Assembly (NCBI RefSeq): GCF_001194135.2
Contig: NC_068982.1
Span: 93,791,252-93,855,251 of the forward strand
DNA length: 64,000 bases
Origin: Octopus bimaculoides
Lineage: Eukaryota
Direction of reading: 5' to 3'
The notes under the pieces are model-generated. The model did no database searches. It was not told the origin of the DNA and saw nothing but the letters and a program-made list of their open reading frames with translations. How positions within the stretch are numbered: the first letter of the stretch is position 1; each line of letters starts with the position of its first letter. Made by a program: the position numbers and the translations under genes. Shown here in pieces: positions 1 through 11,946 of this stretch.

Positions 1-652
1 GTTACATTATTTAAGACAGAGAAATATAGGTTCCTATAGTCAAACAACCTAAACATGCTGAGTGGTTTAAGTTAATGGATGTCATTGTGTGAGAAATATT
101 ATCATTATTTCTATTTCAAATTTTCTTTAGAAACATATTTTCCTTTAAGCATATCTTCTTATATCTCTGCTCAGTTTTCTTAAAGACCACCAGCCTAGAT
201 AGTGTCATACCATATCACAGGTTTTCAAGATCAATAAATGCTTGGTATAATAGTTTGCTTACTTTAGTGGATCTTCACTAAAGTACTTCAAACTGCACCA
301 CAGTTAAGCCAATTTCCTCTTTAATCTGTTATAACTCTTTCTGGTCTCTGCAGTTATTCCTTTTGGGAACATCTTGACCTTGTAGCAGTTGATGTCACTG
401 CTCTACCAGTCATTGAGTATGTCATCTAGAGGCTTTTATATGGTTGCTTGACTCACTATAATTAGTAACCAAACTACATCAGATAACACTCTGCCCTCCT
501 GGAAAAGGATTCTTTAATTATATATAGTCTCAGGTCTACTGTACGAAAGGAAAAGACTTGGTCATGGATGTAATGCCTTTCATTATAGGTTTAACCTCAG
601 TGAAATGCAAAATATCTAGACATTATATATTATGCAAAATATATGTTGTTAT

Positions 653-877
653 TTAACCTTTTTGTTACCAACCCAGCTGAAACTGGCTCTGGCTCTGAGT
701 ACAAATGTCTTGTTTTCATAAGTTTTGAATTAAAATCTTCCAAGCTTTAGTCACAATTTATGTTCCTAACACTAGCTGAATGATAACTAAGTTATTTTAC
801 TAAATTCTTTGTTATATTTGAAGTAATTGAAAGAAACACAGAGCATCTCAAAATAAATACCGTAACTAAAAGCTTAA
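653..877. mobile_element. TTAA-bounded MITE, family A (piggyBac-like)
   Basis: Starts TTAACCTTTT and ends AAAAGCTTAA. The internal sequence is a diverged reverse complement of 23931-24160. Confidence 0.65.
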
Positions 878-1019
878 TGATGAGGGTTTTGTGCATGTAC
901 AGAAAATTGGAGAAAGCATTCTTTGATACAAAAATCTCATAAAAGAAAGTTGCTGAACCTGTAATCTTCATTGAATTTTAAAACCTCATTACATTGGAAC
1001 TAATTTGTGTATTTCTATC

Positions 1020-1160
1020 CTTGTACTTATTCCACTTGCTTTGTCAACTCCAAAAGGATTGTAAGGCGAAGTAGACGAGTAGGATTTGAACTCGGTGTAG
1101 TAAACCAGAAGAGATGAAACCAGGCATTTTATCAACACTAGTAACACTGCCAACTTGCCT
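1020..1160 (-). mobile_element. Decayed tRNA-derived SINE, family 2
   Basis: Reverse-strand similarity to 8625-8850 and 50205-50401 (ggatttgaactc = reverse B box). Confidence 0.5.
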
Positions 1161-2536
1161 CTTTATTGATAGTAATTTGTATATTAACTTAATTTTGTGT
1201 ATGGTGATCTGTTATTTATCCATAGCAGTAGCTTAGTTTTGTTATTTCACAGAAATGCTTGCATGAGTTTGAATGGTATTTCTTCTCTTTTCTTTTCTCA
1301 AATATTATTACAAGGGTTGCCAAAGATTGCACTGTTTGTATTTTATTTATTTATTTACTTTCTACATGATTTATTTCATGATTTTTAGTAAAGAGACACC
1401 TTGTAACCAAGGATTAACAAATTCTGCTATTTGTGTGATTGTATTTTTCTAAATGACTAATCTCTACATACCAACATAAAGTGTCCTTAGTGAAGTCATC
1501 TTCCTAGTAGGTAAACATCCTATCTCCCGACAGCATTTGTTGTAGCAAAAGAAGAGACAGAAGAATATGTAGCTCATGAATGTGCTGTGTTCTTTGCTTT
1601 CCTCAATTTCCCAACTTAATTACACCCAACCTAAACCTTCTTCATTTACAAGGTTTTCTCCTCCCTTTACTCTACTGTTTCCCTATTTCCCCTCTTTGTA
1701 TTTATCACCCCAGATCTTCATATTTTTTCCTGACTATATTTTGCCTTCTGACAAAAATTAAGTTCAACTAAATAGCAACTACTGTAACAACTTCGTTATC
1801 TTTAATCCTCACTCTAGTTAGAAAGGTGTGAAAAGGCTTAAGAAACTGCTTCATTTTAACACACTTACTCATAAAGCCTATCAATAAAAAATGATTAAAC
1901 TACAGTAAGTAGATGATCTCTTCTGAATTCCATAATGAGTGTGTTCACTTCTGAATTGACCAAAGTGTTTATGGAACATTATTTGCTTAAAATTTTAAAA
2001 TATATGATTTAAATCAGAATGAATTTAGACCTAATGAAACTGCTCATTTACTGTTTTTGAGTGGACACTCTCTCTCTCTCCCTTATAACCAAAGTCTGAT
2101 CAGATAGGATGGTTTTTCACTTGAAAATAGTGTAAAATGACATTGTGGGTGTTGAAAATTTTGTGAATGCTGATGCCTATAAACACCATATAGGGTTTCT
2201 ATATATGTGCATGTGTATACATCATGTCACATACTGACATATGTACACATAACTTCATTATAAATTGATGTATCATCAACATAAGTTTCATTTTTCATCT
2301 TGCATGGTGTTGGACAATGCTGCAGTGGTAATCAGGCCCATATAGTTTTGTGTTCTCTAGTGTCCAAGCTGCTCGTCTTAAATTTTTGTTTGGACTTTCT
2401 TTGCTAATCTAGATGGAATTGGTGTACTCTTTATGTGAAAATCTCAAGCAGTACAATGTAGCTTTAGGTTTTAAATTAACCTGAACATATCATATGATTC
2501 TATGATATTCATAGGTATTTTATTTTATTCCTGAAG

Positions 2537-2640
2537 CTGAGAAAGAAAAGGATTCAGAGAGAAGAGAAACGTCCGCCTTGAAAGCCCGCCGAGCCAAGCG
2601 GGAAAGAAGATCAACAGGAGTTATTAATTACAATCTAAAG
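2537..2640 (+). CDS. PPP1R12A: MYPT (myosin phosphatase targeting subunit) internal coding exon, (A)EKEKDSERRETSALKARRAKRERRSTGVINYNLK
   Basis: Acceptor tattttattcctgaAG (2535-36) and donor GTatgt at 2641 flank a 104-nt open frame (phase 1 to phase 0). KRERRSTGV matches the MYPT1 Thr853-type ROCK site. Paralog A vs B cannot be decided; invertebrates usually have one MYPT/Mbs gene. Confidence 0.85.
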
Positions 2641-2802
2641 GTATGTATGCTGCACCATGTCAAATTACTTAGCAGTTCCTGGGTTTGTCCAGTTTACTGT
2701 AACTAAAGATAATTGAGTGGGTGTTGTTCACTCCTTGTATAAGTGACTGGTTTGTTTGCTTGAAACTTCACTTATTATCCATTGATATACAGAAGATATT
2801 GT

Positions 2803-4554
2803 GGCATAACTACAGGGTTTTACCCCCCAGACTTTGGGAGGTCATAACTTTCAGAAAGATTAATATTTTTGAATGAAATTTTCTATGCATATAATATTTA
2901 CTATGTAGAATCCGAATATACAAAAATTTCCGGTGAAAGTGTTTTGGAATGGGGGTGGGGGACAATTTTCGGAAATTCCAACAGTCCACTTAAATTCTTC
3001 TTAACTTCCAGGAAAATGAATATCTTTTCGTGAAATTTTCTACAAATATATCTTGATGTATGTACATTTCGAGCATATAGGAATTTTGAAGGAAACAACT
3101 GCAGGTTATTTTTGAGAAGCGTTCCCCACTCGGTGGTGTTTCGGAGCAAGTCGTCCATATTTGTTTCATTTTTCTCTATTATGTGCGTATGTGCATCTGT
3201 AGATTTCTAGACAGTGAAGAGAAGCCGTCATAAGAAAACTTTTGTCAAAAATAACATGCACNNNNNNNNNNNNNNNNNNNNNNNNNNNNNNNNNNNNNNN
3301 NNNNNNNNNNNNNNNNNNNNNNNNNNNNNNNNNNNNNNNNNNNNNNNNNNNNNNNNNNNNNNNNNNNNNNNNNNNNNNNNNNNNNNNNNNNNNNNNNNNN
3401 NNNNNNNNNNNNNNNNNNNNNNNNNNNNNNNNNNNNNNNNNNNNNNNNNNNNNNNNNNNNNNNNNNNNNNNNNNNNNNNNNNNNNNNNNNNNNNNNNNNN
3501 NNNNNNNNNNNNNNNNNNNNNNNNNNNNNNNNNNNNNNNNNNNNNNNNNNNNNNNNNNNNNNNNNNNNNNNNNNNNNNNNNNNNNNNNNNNNNNNNNNNN
3601 NNNNNNNNNNNNNNNNNNNNNNNNNNNNNNNNNNNNNNNNNNNNNNNNNNNNNNNNNNNNNNNNNNNNNNNNNNNNNNNNNNNNNNNNNNNNNNNNNNNN
3701 NNNNNNNNNNNNNNNNNNNNNNNNNNNNNNNNNNNNNNNNNNNNNNNNNNNNNNNNNNNNNNNNNNNNNNNNNNNNNNNNNNNNNNNNNNNNNNNNNNNN
3801 NNNNNNNNNNNNNNNNNNNNNNNNNNNNNNNNNNNNNNNNNNNNNNNNNNNNNNNNNNNNNNNNNNNNNNNNNNNNNNNNNNNNNNNNNNNNNNNNNNNN
3901 NNNNNNNNNNNNNNNNNNNNNNNNNNNNNNNNNNNNNNNNNNNNNNNNNNNNNNNNNNNNNNNNNNNNNNNNNNNNNNNNNNNNNNNNNNNNNNNNNNNN
4001 NNNNNNNNNNNNNNNNNNNNNNNNNNNNNNNNNNNNNNNNNNNNNNNNNNNNNNNNNNNNNNNNNNNNNNNNNNNNNNNNNNNNNNNNNNNNNNNNNNNN
4101 NNNNNNNNNNNNNNNNNNNNNNNNNNNNNNNNNNNNNNNNNNNNNNNNNNNNNNNNNNNNNNNNNNNNNNNNNNNNNNNNNNNNNNNNNNNNNNNTATGG
4201 ACGACTTGCTCCGAAACACCACCGAGTGGGGAACGCTTCTCAAAAATAACCTGCAGTTGTTTCCTTCAAAATTCCTACATGCTCGAAATGTACATACATC
4301 AAGATATATTAGTAGAAAATTTCACGAAAAAATATTCATTTTCCTGGAAGTTAAGAAGAATTTAAATGGACTCTGTTGGAATTTCCGAAAATTGTCCCCC
4401 ACCCCCATTCCAAAACACTTTCACCGGAAATTTTTGTATATTCGGATTCTACATAGTAAATATTATATGCATAGAAAATTTCATTAAAAAATATTCATTT
4501 TTCTGAAAGTTATGACCTCCCAAAGTCTGGGGGGTAAAACCCTGTAGTTATGCC
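2803..4554. mobile_element. Long-TIR (foldback) DNA transposon with 8-bp TSD GATATTGT
   Basis: 2803-3159 is a near-identical reverse complement of 4196-4554. Termini are GGCATAAC...GTTATGCC, with GATATTGT at 2795-2802 and 4555-4562. The centre is hidden by the gap at 3262-4195. Confidence 0.9.
3262..4195. other. Assembly gap (others: 6464-7439, 15892-16334, 29575-29655, 35278-35793, 43250-59, 52990-99, 57759-68)
   Basis: Runs of N. Confidence 1.
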
Positions 4555-4968
4555 GATATTGTTATGTTACTTCTGAGTATTATAATATACAATGCTGGCA
4601 GGCACTTCATTTACAGAGTTACCTTTGGTAATATCAGTTCTGATGCTTTTATGTGCATAATTTTATTGTGTGTCCAGTCATTTTCATCTTTTAAATACAG
4701 TTAGGAGATAGTATTTACAGGTGTCAGATTCTCCTTATTTATTTAGAATATTTTCTTTAATGTGATCTTAACTATTCATAAATTAGTTTTATTTTAGAGA
4801 TTTCTAAATAAATTTTTCTGGTATGAAAGATTTCATCATATATTTCTATATCATTTATTTTTCAAATATGGAATGTCAGCATAAGTTGAGTCTACTGGTA
4901 ACCATCACTAATGCTACATAGTTACTAAGCACTTGTGATTATTTCTGAATCCATAAACTTTTTTAATA

Positions 4969-5120
4969 CAGTGGCTATGTGGTTAAGTAGTTTTGCCTTC
5001 CAACCACATTGTTCCAGGTTCTGTCCCACTGTGTGACACGTTGGATAAGTGTCCTCTACTATAGCCCCAGGTGACCAAAGCATTGTGAGTGGATTTGGTT
5101 GATGGGAACAGAAAGGAGTT
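4969..5120 (+). mobile_element. tRNA-derived SINE family 1, 5' fragment
   Basis: Collinear with the head of 16357-16780 (gtggct.tgtggt ... ggttc.gtcccactg ... ctactatagcc). Confidence 0.75.
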
Positions 5121-5415
5121 AAATGTCTGTCTGCCTGTCTTCTTGTCTTAATATTGCATGATAGTTCTAAAATGAACTTCTGTGAGAACACATCCAACCA
5201 CAGGGAAATATTACCTTTTTTGCAGAACCAGTGAGGGTGCCAGGAAGGGCATCTGGTTGTTGAAGCTCTCTTTCCACAAATTTTGTCTGATCCATGCAAA
5301 CATGGAAGAGTGACTGTTCGTTGTGATGAACATATTAAGATGAAATTTTTCTTTGCTGTTTTTAATTCACTGAATTGCAAACTTCTCATTGTTTTCATTT
5401 TTCTCCTTTTTGCAG

Positions 5416-5472
5416 AGTGATGAGGAGTCCAATTCTGTATCAAAGGAAGAGAATGAAAGTGATGACAGCACA
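5416..5472 (+). CDS. PPP1R12A: MYPT acidic exon, SDEESNSVSKEENESDDST
   Basis: Acceptor ttttctcctttttgcAG and donor GTaagt at 5473; 57 nt, phase 0-0, in frame with the previous exon. MYPT1 has an acidic stretch right after RRSTGV. Confidence 0.75.
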
Positions 5473-7439
5473 GTAAGTCTAGTTGTTTTCTCACTTCAGT
5501 ATTATTGTAGTAAAATAGTATCTAACATTTGTTGGTATGCATGTATGGGATATTTCAACTAAGTGGGTTTCTTTTTTCTTTTTTGAACTGGACTCTGGAA
5601 AACAATTTTTGTATCTTGCAATAATTTTCATTGTTAAAATATAAGATATTGATATTCACTCACTACAAAAAGTGAATAAAAAATTTCAGTTATTTCTCTT
5701 TTTTTTTTCTCCCTCTCTCACATACACACACACCAGCAACATTACTCTTTCTGTCTCTTTACACTCACACATGAAAACGCAATTCACATATACACCACAC
5801 ATTCTGTCTTGCATACCCCATCAAACATACACACACTCACACACACACACACGCACACCAATTCTTTTGCTTCAGGCAGACTTCAAAAGAACTTCACTTA
5901 TACAATCATGCGCTCTCTGTCTCTTTTGCTTTCACGCCGACTTCAAAAGATCCCCTTTTCCCCCAACCCCATATTAAAAAAATAAAAAATTCTTATGCAA
6001 ACCCACAAACCTCTTAAATGTAAATAAACACAAGTGGTCTATAAGTGGTTTGCAAGTGACAATCATGTGTTCCCCTATTGAAAGATCACCCAATGTTTTA
6101 ATGATTAGACAGAAGTCCAATAGATTAGCTCTCAGAAACAGACTACGTACAAATTCATTCTTCACAACTCCTGAAGCTGTTTTCTGACGAGGGGGCAGTC
6201 AACAAATTTTCATACAGATGGAGGCTTATATCAAAACAGAGGACCCGAAATGATAAGGTTAAGAAACACTTTTTTAGATTATGCCTAACCGAAAACAATC
6301 ACAACCACATCATCCAAACAGACTGGGTGAAACCAGACTTCGCTGCTAGTGCACATATATGTGTATATACATACGCATAATGCACATGTGTGTATATACG
6401 TACGCATAATGCACACGTGTATGTACGTATATATAATGCACACGTGGTATAATACATATATATNNNNNNNNNNNNNNNNNNNNNNNNNNNNNNNNNNNNN
6501 NNNNNNNNNNNNNNNNNNNNNNNNNNNNNNNNNNNNNNNNNNNNNNNNNNNNNNNNNNNNNNNNNNNNNNNNNNNNNNNNNNNNNNNNNNNNNNNNNNNN
6601 NNNNNNNNNNNNNNNNNNNNNNNNNNNNNNNNNNNNNNNNNNNNNNNNNNNNNNNNNNNNNNNNNNNNNNNNNNNNNNNNNNNNNNNNNNNNNNNNNNNN
6701 NNNNNNNNNNNNNNNNNNNNNNNNNNNNNNNNNNNNNNNNNNNNNNNNNNNNNNNNNNNNNNNNNNNNNNNNNNNNNNNNNNNNNNNNNNNNNNNNNNNN
6801 NNNNNNNNNNNNNNNNNNNNNNNNNNNNNNNNNNNNNNNNNNNNNNNNNNNNNNNNNNNNNNNNNNNNNNNNNNNNNNNNNNNNNNNNNNNNNNNNNNNN
6901 NNNNNNNNNNNNNNNNNNNNNNNNNNNNNNNNNNNNNNNNNNNNNNNNNNNNNNNNNNNNNNNNNNNNNNNNNNNNNNNNNNNNNNNNNNNNNNNNNNNN
7001 NNNNNNNNNNNNNNNNNNNNNNNNNNNNNNNNNNNNNNNNNNNNNNNNNNNNNNNNNNNNNNNNNNNNNNNNNNNNNNNNNNNNNNNNNNNNNNNNNNNN
7101 NNNNNNNNNNNNNNNNNNNNNNNNNNNNNNNNNNNNNNNNNNNNNNNNNNNNNNNNNNNNNNNNNNNNNNNNNNNNNNNNNNNNNNNNNNNNNNNNNNNN
7201 NNNNNNNNNNNNNNNNNNNNNNNNNNNNNNNNNNNNNNNNNNNNNNNNNNNNNNNNNNNNNNNNNNNNNNNNNNNNNNNNNNNNNNNNNNNNNNNNNNNN
7301 NNNNNNNNNNNNNNNNNNNNNNNNNNNNNNNNNNNNNNNNNNNNNNNNNNNNNNNNNNNNNNNNNNNNNNNNNNNNNNNNNNNNNNNNNNNNNNNNNNNN
7401 NNNNNNNNNNNNNNNNNNNNNNNNNNNNNNNNNNNNNNN

Positions 7440-7932
7440 GGCAGAGTTTCTACAGCTGGATGCCCTTCCTAACGCCAACCACTCTGAGAGTGTAGAGGGT
7501 GCTTTTACGTGCCACCGGCATGAAGGCCAGTCAGGCGGTACTGGCAACTGCCACGCTCGAAGTGGTGTATTTTACGTGACACCGGCACAGGAGCCAGTCC
7601 AGCGGCACCGTCAATGATCTCGCTTGAATGTCTTTTCATGTGCCACTGGCACAAGTGCCAGGAAGGCGACGTTGGTAATGATCACGCTGGTGCTATTTAC
7701 GTGCCACCGGCACGGAAGCCAGACAATTGCTCTGGCAATGATCACGCTCGGACGGTGCTCTTAGTGCTCCACTGTTACAGGTGCCATCACGATTTCGCTT
7801 TCGCTTGCCCCAACAGGTTGCCATCAGAGTGGAGCCTGGTGTAGCCACCTGGCCCACCAGTCCTCAGTCAAATCGTCCAACCCATGCTAGCATGGAAAGC
7901 GGACGTTAAACAACAACGGTAATGATGATGAT

Positions 7933-7933
<1 letters not shown>
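7440..7933. mobile_element. RTE-type LINE 3'UTR insertion with inverted 5' part
   Basis: 7440-7818 is the reverse complement of about 52559-52952. 7819-7933 is the sense 3' end (…catggaaagcggacgttaaa…gatgatgatg) as at about 53020-53126. Confidence 0.85.
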
Positions 7934-7982
<49 letters not shown>

Positions 7983-8624
7983 TGTGTGTTTGTGTGTGTA
8001 GACACATACATGGTTACACACTTGTGTGTATGAATGTATTTTAAATCTTCTGTACAATTCATTTAGTCACAATTTGTCAGATGTATCTGCCTGCATTTGT
8101 TAAACACCATTATATTAAAATAATTTCAGCGAAAATTATCTCTGTAGTTTGTCAGTTTAGTAAATTAAGTATTTGTATATATAATGATTTTTCTTTTATC
8201 AGTGCAGAATATATTTTGGTAAAATCTTTAGTGTCAGTTTTTCAGTCTTATTAAATGTTGTCCCATATTTACCTTTCCCCACCCCACCTGCCCTCATTGT
8301 GGCTCAGCATACACAAACCTCACTAATTATTCTTCAGTGATTTCTTTGATTACTCATAAAACTTTAATTTAATGATAACTGTAATTATAATAAAAATAAA
8401 TTTGTATTTGAACTCTAAATTGAACCTAAAATTAACACAAAATTTTAGAATTCTTCCTTCCCAAATAGCTTTTGATTAGAACTAAGTTTTTGTAGAAAAT
8501 AGTCTTTTCTTTGGATAGTTGGTACTACAGAGAAAGTAGTGTATATTCATTATGTTATCAAGCAATTATCAAAATTAGTGGTTCCCAAACTCTTTATCTA
8601 AGATTAATTAAGAACTATCCTTTT

Positions 8625-8850
8625 ATTAATCCTTTCTACTATAGGCACAAGGCCTGAAATTTGTGGGGAGGGGATAAGTTGGTTACATCGACACCAGTGC
8701 GTAACTGGTACTTATTTCATTGACCCCCGAAAGGATGAAAGGTAATGTTGACCTTGGCAGAATTTGAACGCAGAACGTAAAGATGGACGAAATACCTCTA
8801 AACATTCTGCCCAGCGTGCTAACAATTCTGCCAGCTCTCCACATTTATCC
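8625..8850 (-). mobile_element. tRNA-derived SINE family 2
   Basis: Reverse complement of the family at 45640, 50205 and 58831 (ctggcagaat…gttctgcgttcaaattc…ggccttgtgcctatagtagaaaggatt). Confidence 0.8.
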
Positions 8851-9019
8851 TTTTTATTAATGACAAAGCTCCAAATAATATTATCAAAATTTTCATGTAA
8901 ATCCTTCTGTAATCACCTTGGAGATAAGAAAAGTGTCACTATGTGAATGTGATTGATGTATGATAGTGATGGTGGAATTATGTTGGTGCCAAAGGTATCT
9001 GTGTGGCTAGTGGTATTAG

Positions 9020-10620
9020 CATGTTGGATTTGTATCATCATTTAATGTCCATATTCCATGCTGGCATGGATTGGCTAGTTGGACAGAATCCAGCGTATCC
9101 ACTGACTGCTTCATACTCCTTTGTGGCATGATTTCTATGGTTGGATGCCCTTTCTAATACCAAGCATTTTACTACTTGTACTGTGTACTTTTTTCATGGT
9201 ATCAGCACTATTGGAAAAACTGTGATGCCTGAGAGATGGGTGAGGCAGTGAATATAATGAATGAAGAAGTAGAGAGGTATAGGTGACAACTATTGAGATT
9301 GGATAGAGGCAAGGAGTGGATGGATATAATGAATGGTGGGGATGACCAATGATGCTTGGGGGTGAAGAGTAGCAGAATAACTATGATACAGTAAACAGGG
9401 AAGGGACAAGAGAGAGGGAGAGAGTGAGCGAATGATGGAGGGAGATGAGTGGTCAAGCAGGTTGCAAGAATGTGGAAGAAGGAGAGTGAAGTAGATGTAG
9501 TGCATAGAATGACATATGTATGGTGGTGAAGGTGAGATGGTGATGTAGCTCAAGAATGGGAGTGCAAGGTCAGTGCCAAGCCTGGGCTTAGAGGGTACTA
9601 TTACAGGCGAGGGGTATACATCAAGTGAAATGGTTCAGGGTAATTAGAAAAATTAGTAGTATCAAGGAAAAGCTGTTGTTAGATGAAGGGGGGTGGCTGT
9701 CTTGATGGGGAAACTGAGCAAAATTCCCTGTTGTGCATGCACACACACACACACACACACACCCTTTACAGAACTCAGTCTTACTGAGTAGGGTGGTCTT
9801 CTTGAGAACCCACATATCACTAGCCATTGCAGTTGCTTGTCATTTACTCCATAAAGTTGAAGGCCTGAGATCAGCTTCACCACTATATACTATCATAATT
9901 TAACATACATGTTTCATGAACAAGATGTGATGGCCCCAACAACTGCATTGTACACCAGTGTTTGTTTGACAAGATCTCTACACTTCTTAATACCAGCCAC
10001 TTTACAGCATGTACTCAGTGCTTTTTTTCCATGCCATCAACACTTGTAACGTTGTCCTGGAGGTTACAAGACTACAAATCCTGAGTGGAGAGAGAGGGAA
10101 CTCTATGCTAGGAGAATAATAAGTAGAGAGGAGTATGAAAGAGCTGGAGCAGAATGGGGTTTCTTGTTGTAGAGGAGTGACATGATTACTTACTTTAGAA
10201 GATTGGGTGGGTGTGGATTTGAAAAGTGATGGGGGTGTTCGTGGACCTTCAGTGTATGAGGTAAGATTGAATGGGGTAGGAGGTACCAGGAGTGCGTGGA
10301 TGGAGTATGGAATGTCTGATAGTGCAGGTGTTGTGGGGGGAAAGCAAAAATAGAAATGCAATAAACGGGGACAGATGTCATGCTTGTAAGTAGATTGCTG
10401 GGGGAAGTGTAGTGTGTGAGGAGTGTAAGATGTATGGTTGTAAAGGAAGGATAATTTGGTGGTAGTGGAGGAGGGTGATCAATGAAAATATGGATGTAAA
10501 TCAGTATGAATGGATGACAATGGATAGCTAGTGAGGAGGTTCTAGAAAGAAGATGCAATATCAAGGAAGAACTGCAATTAGAAAAGGTGATGGGTAGTGG
10601 TGAAGGGGCTTATCTTAAAG
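9020..10620 (-). mobile_element. Two decayed retroelement copies: RTE-like tail joined to a long purine-rich tract
   Basis: Tail motifs in reverse (catttaatgtccatattccatgctggcatgg; ttggatgcccttt; tgtactcagtgcttttt) at about 9035-9210 and 9900-10050, each followed by about 450-550 nt of G/A-rich sequence. Same layout on + at 46310-47045. Confidence 0.45.
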
Positions 10621-10664
10621 TGGTAGGAAATTGGTTAGAAGGCCTAGTAGTGTGTGCACGCATG

Positions 10665-10695
<31 letters not shown>

Positions 10696-11946
10696 CTGCT
10701 GGAACAGTTTTGTCACTGTGAGCAGGGTAAAGAAAACAGTTGGAGCCCTGAGGCACTATATGTATGCATGCATGTATGTATGTATGCATACACATATATA
10801 TATGTGTATTTATATATGTGTGCATTTATATATGTTTGTGTATATGTATGAGAGAGAGGCATATTTGTGTTTCCTTCTCAACCATGTATTTGAGTTCAAT
10901 TCCCCTGTGTGGCACATTAAGCAAGTGCCTTCTGATGTAGTCTTAGTCTGACCAAATTCTTGGGAGTGCATTTGGTAGATGGCAACTGAAAGATTATTTT
11001 CAGTGTTTGCGTGAGGGTATTTCCTTTGTCTATACATGTGATTGTAAACAGTGACTTCACCTATGGTGTCATTTTCTTGCAGTCCACTGTGAAAGTATGT
11101 TTAAGCTTCTTAACATGTGTAATTTTTGTAAACAAAAGGCTTGTCCAAATGGTGTTTGTTTCCTGTTCACTTTTTAATCATGTCTGTGTTTGTTGTTATG
11201 ATGAGCTGGAAAATTATTACCTCACTTGTAAACAAGTGGGGGTTGGCAACAGGTTGAGCATCTTAGCCATAGTAAACTCTGCCCTAGCACACTCTCATCT
11301 GACTCTTGCAAGTGTGAAAAAATAGACGTTAAAACAATAATGATATATATTCACACACATACACTCAGATAATGTGATATTTATCAAAGTTAATGAATCC
11401 TAAGTATTTATTTAAAATGAATCAAATCTCCAAATATTGTATCAGCCAGTTATTCTTATCAAGCCTTTTGCTTCATTCCTGAAACTGTGGCTTCCATTAC
11501 TTTTTTTTTTTTTTTTAAGCAATTAATTGAAAATACTGCATTTAGTTATCTCATTTAATGCATCAGTTGAATAGAAACTAAATTTAGTGTGGGTAAGGGA
11601 AGAAAGTACATAAACAATTTCTGCCTGTTTTTAAGTATGACAAGTTTAATCTAGTAATGGAGTAAAACAATTCATGTTGGACTACTTGTTGAGTACAAAG
11701 TGAATCATCACTAATGTCAGTGTTTGTGTGCTGTTGGCAGTGTAGCTTATTTCTTAGTTTTGAAAAATTCTCATCAAATTTAGCCTTGTCTGCTCACACT
11801 TGCCCGTGTGTTCTGTGGCCAGAAATAGGAAGACCTGCTTCATAACTTCTACTGATTGTTTTCACTGATTGTAGTAGTAGCAATTCACCATGATAAATAT
11901 TTTGTTTACTTTTTTAAGTGGTTTCTTATTTTCTGTTTTTATTTTT

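Noticed and set aside
1547-1569. Acidic mini-frame KEETEEY after an AG
   Set aside because: Splice signals are poor and the end phase does not match the phase-1 start of exon 2537.
2901-4487. Two near-identical ORFs MDDLLRNTTEWG… on opposite strands
   Set aside because: They are translations of the two TIR arms of the foldback element and show no recognisable protein motif.
3214-7617. Long ORFs of 330-420 aa in the ORF track (also 15515-16605, 29413-29706, 35180-35884)
   Set aside because: They are open only because they run through N gaps.
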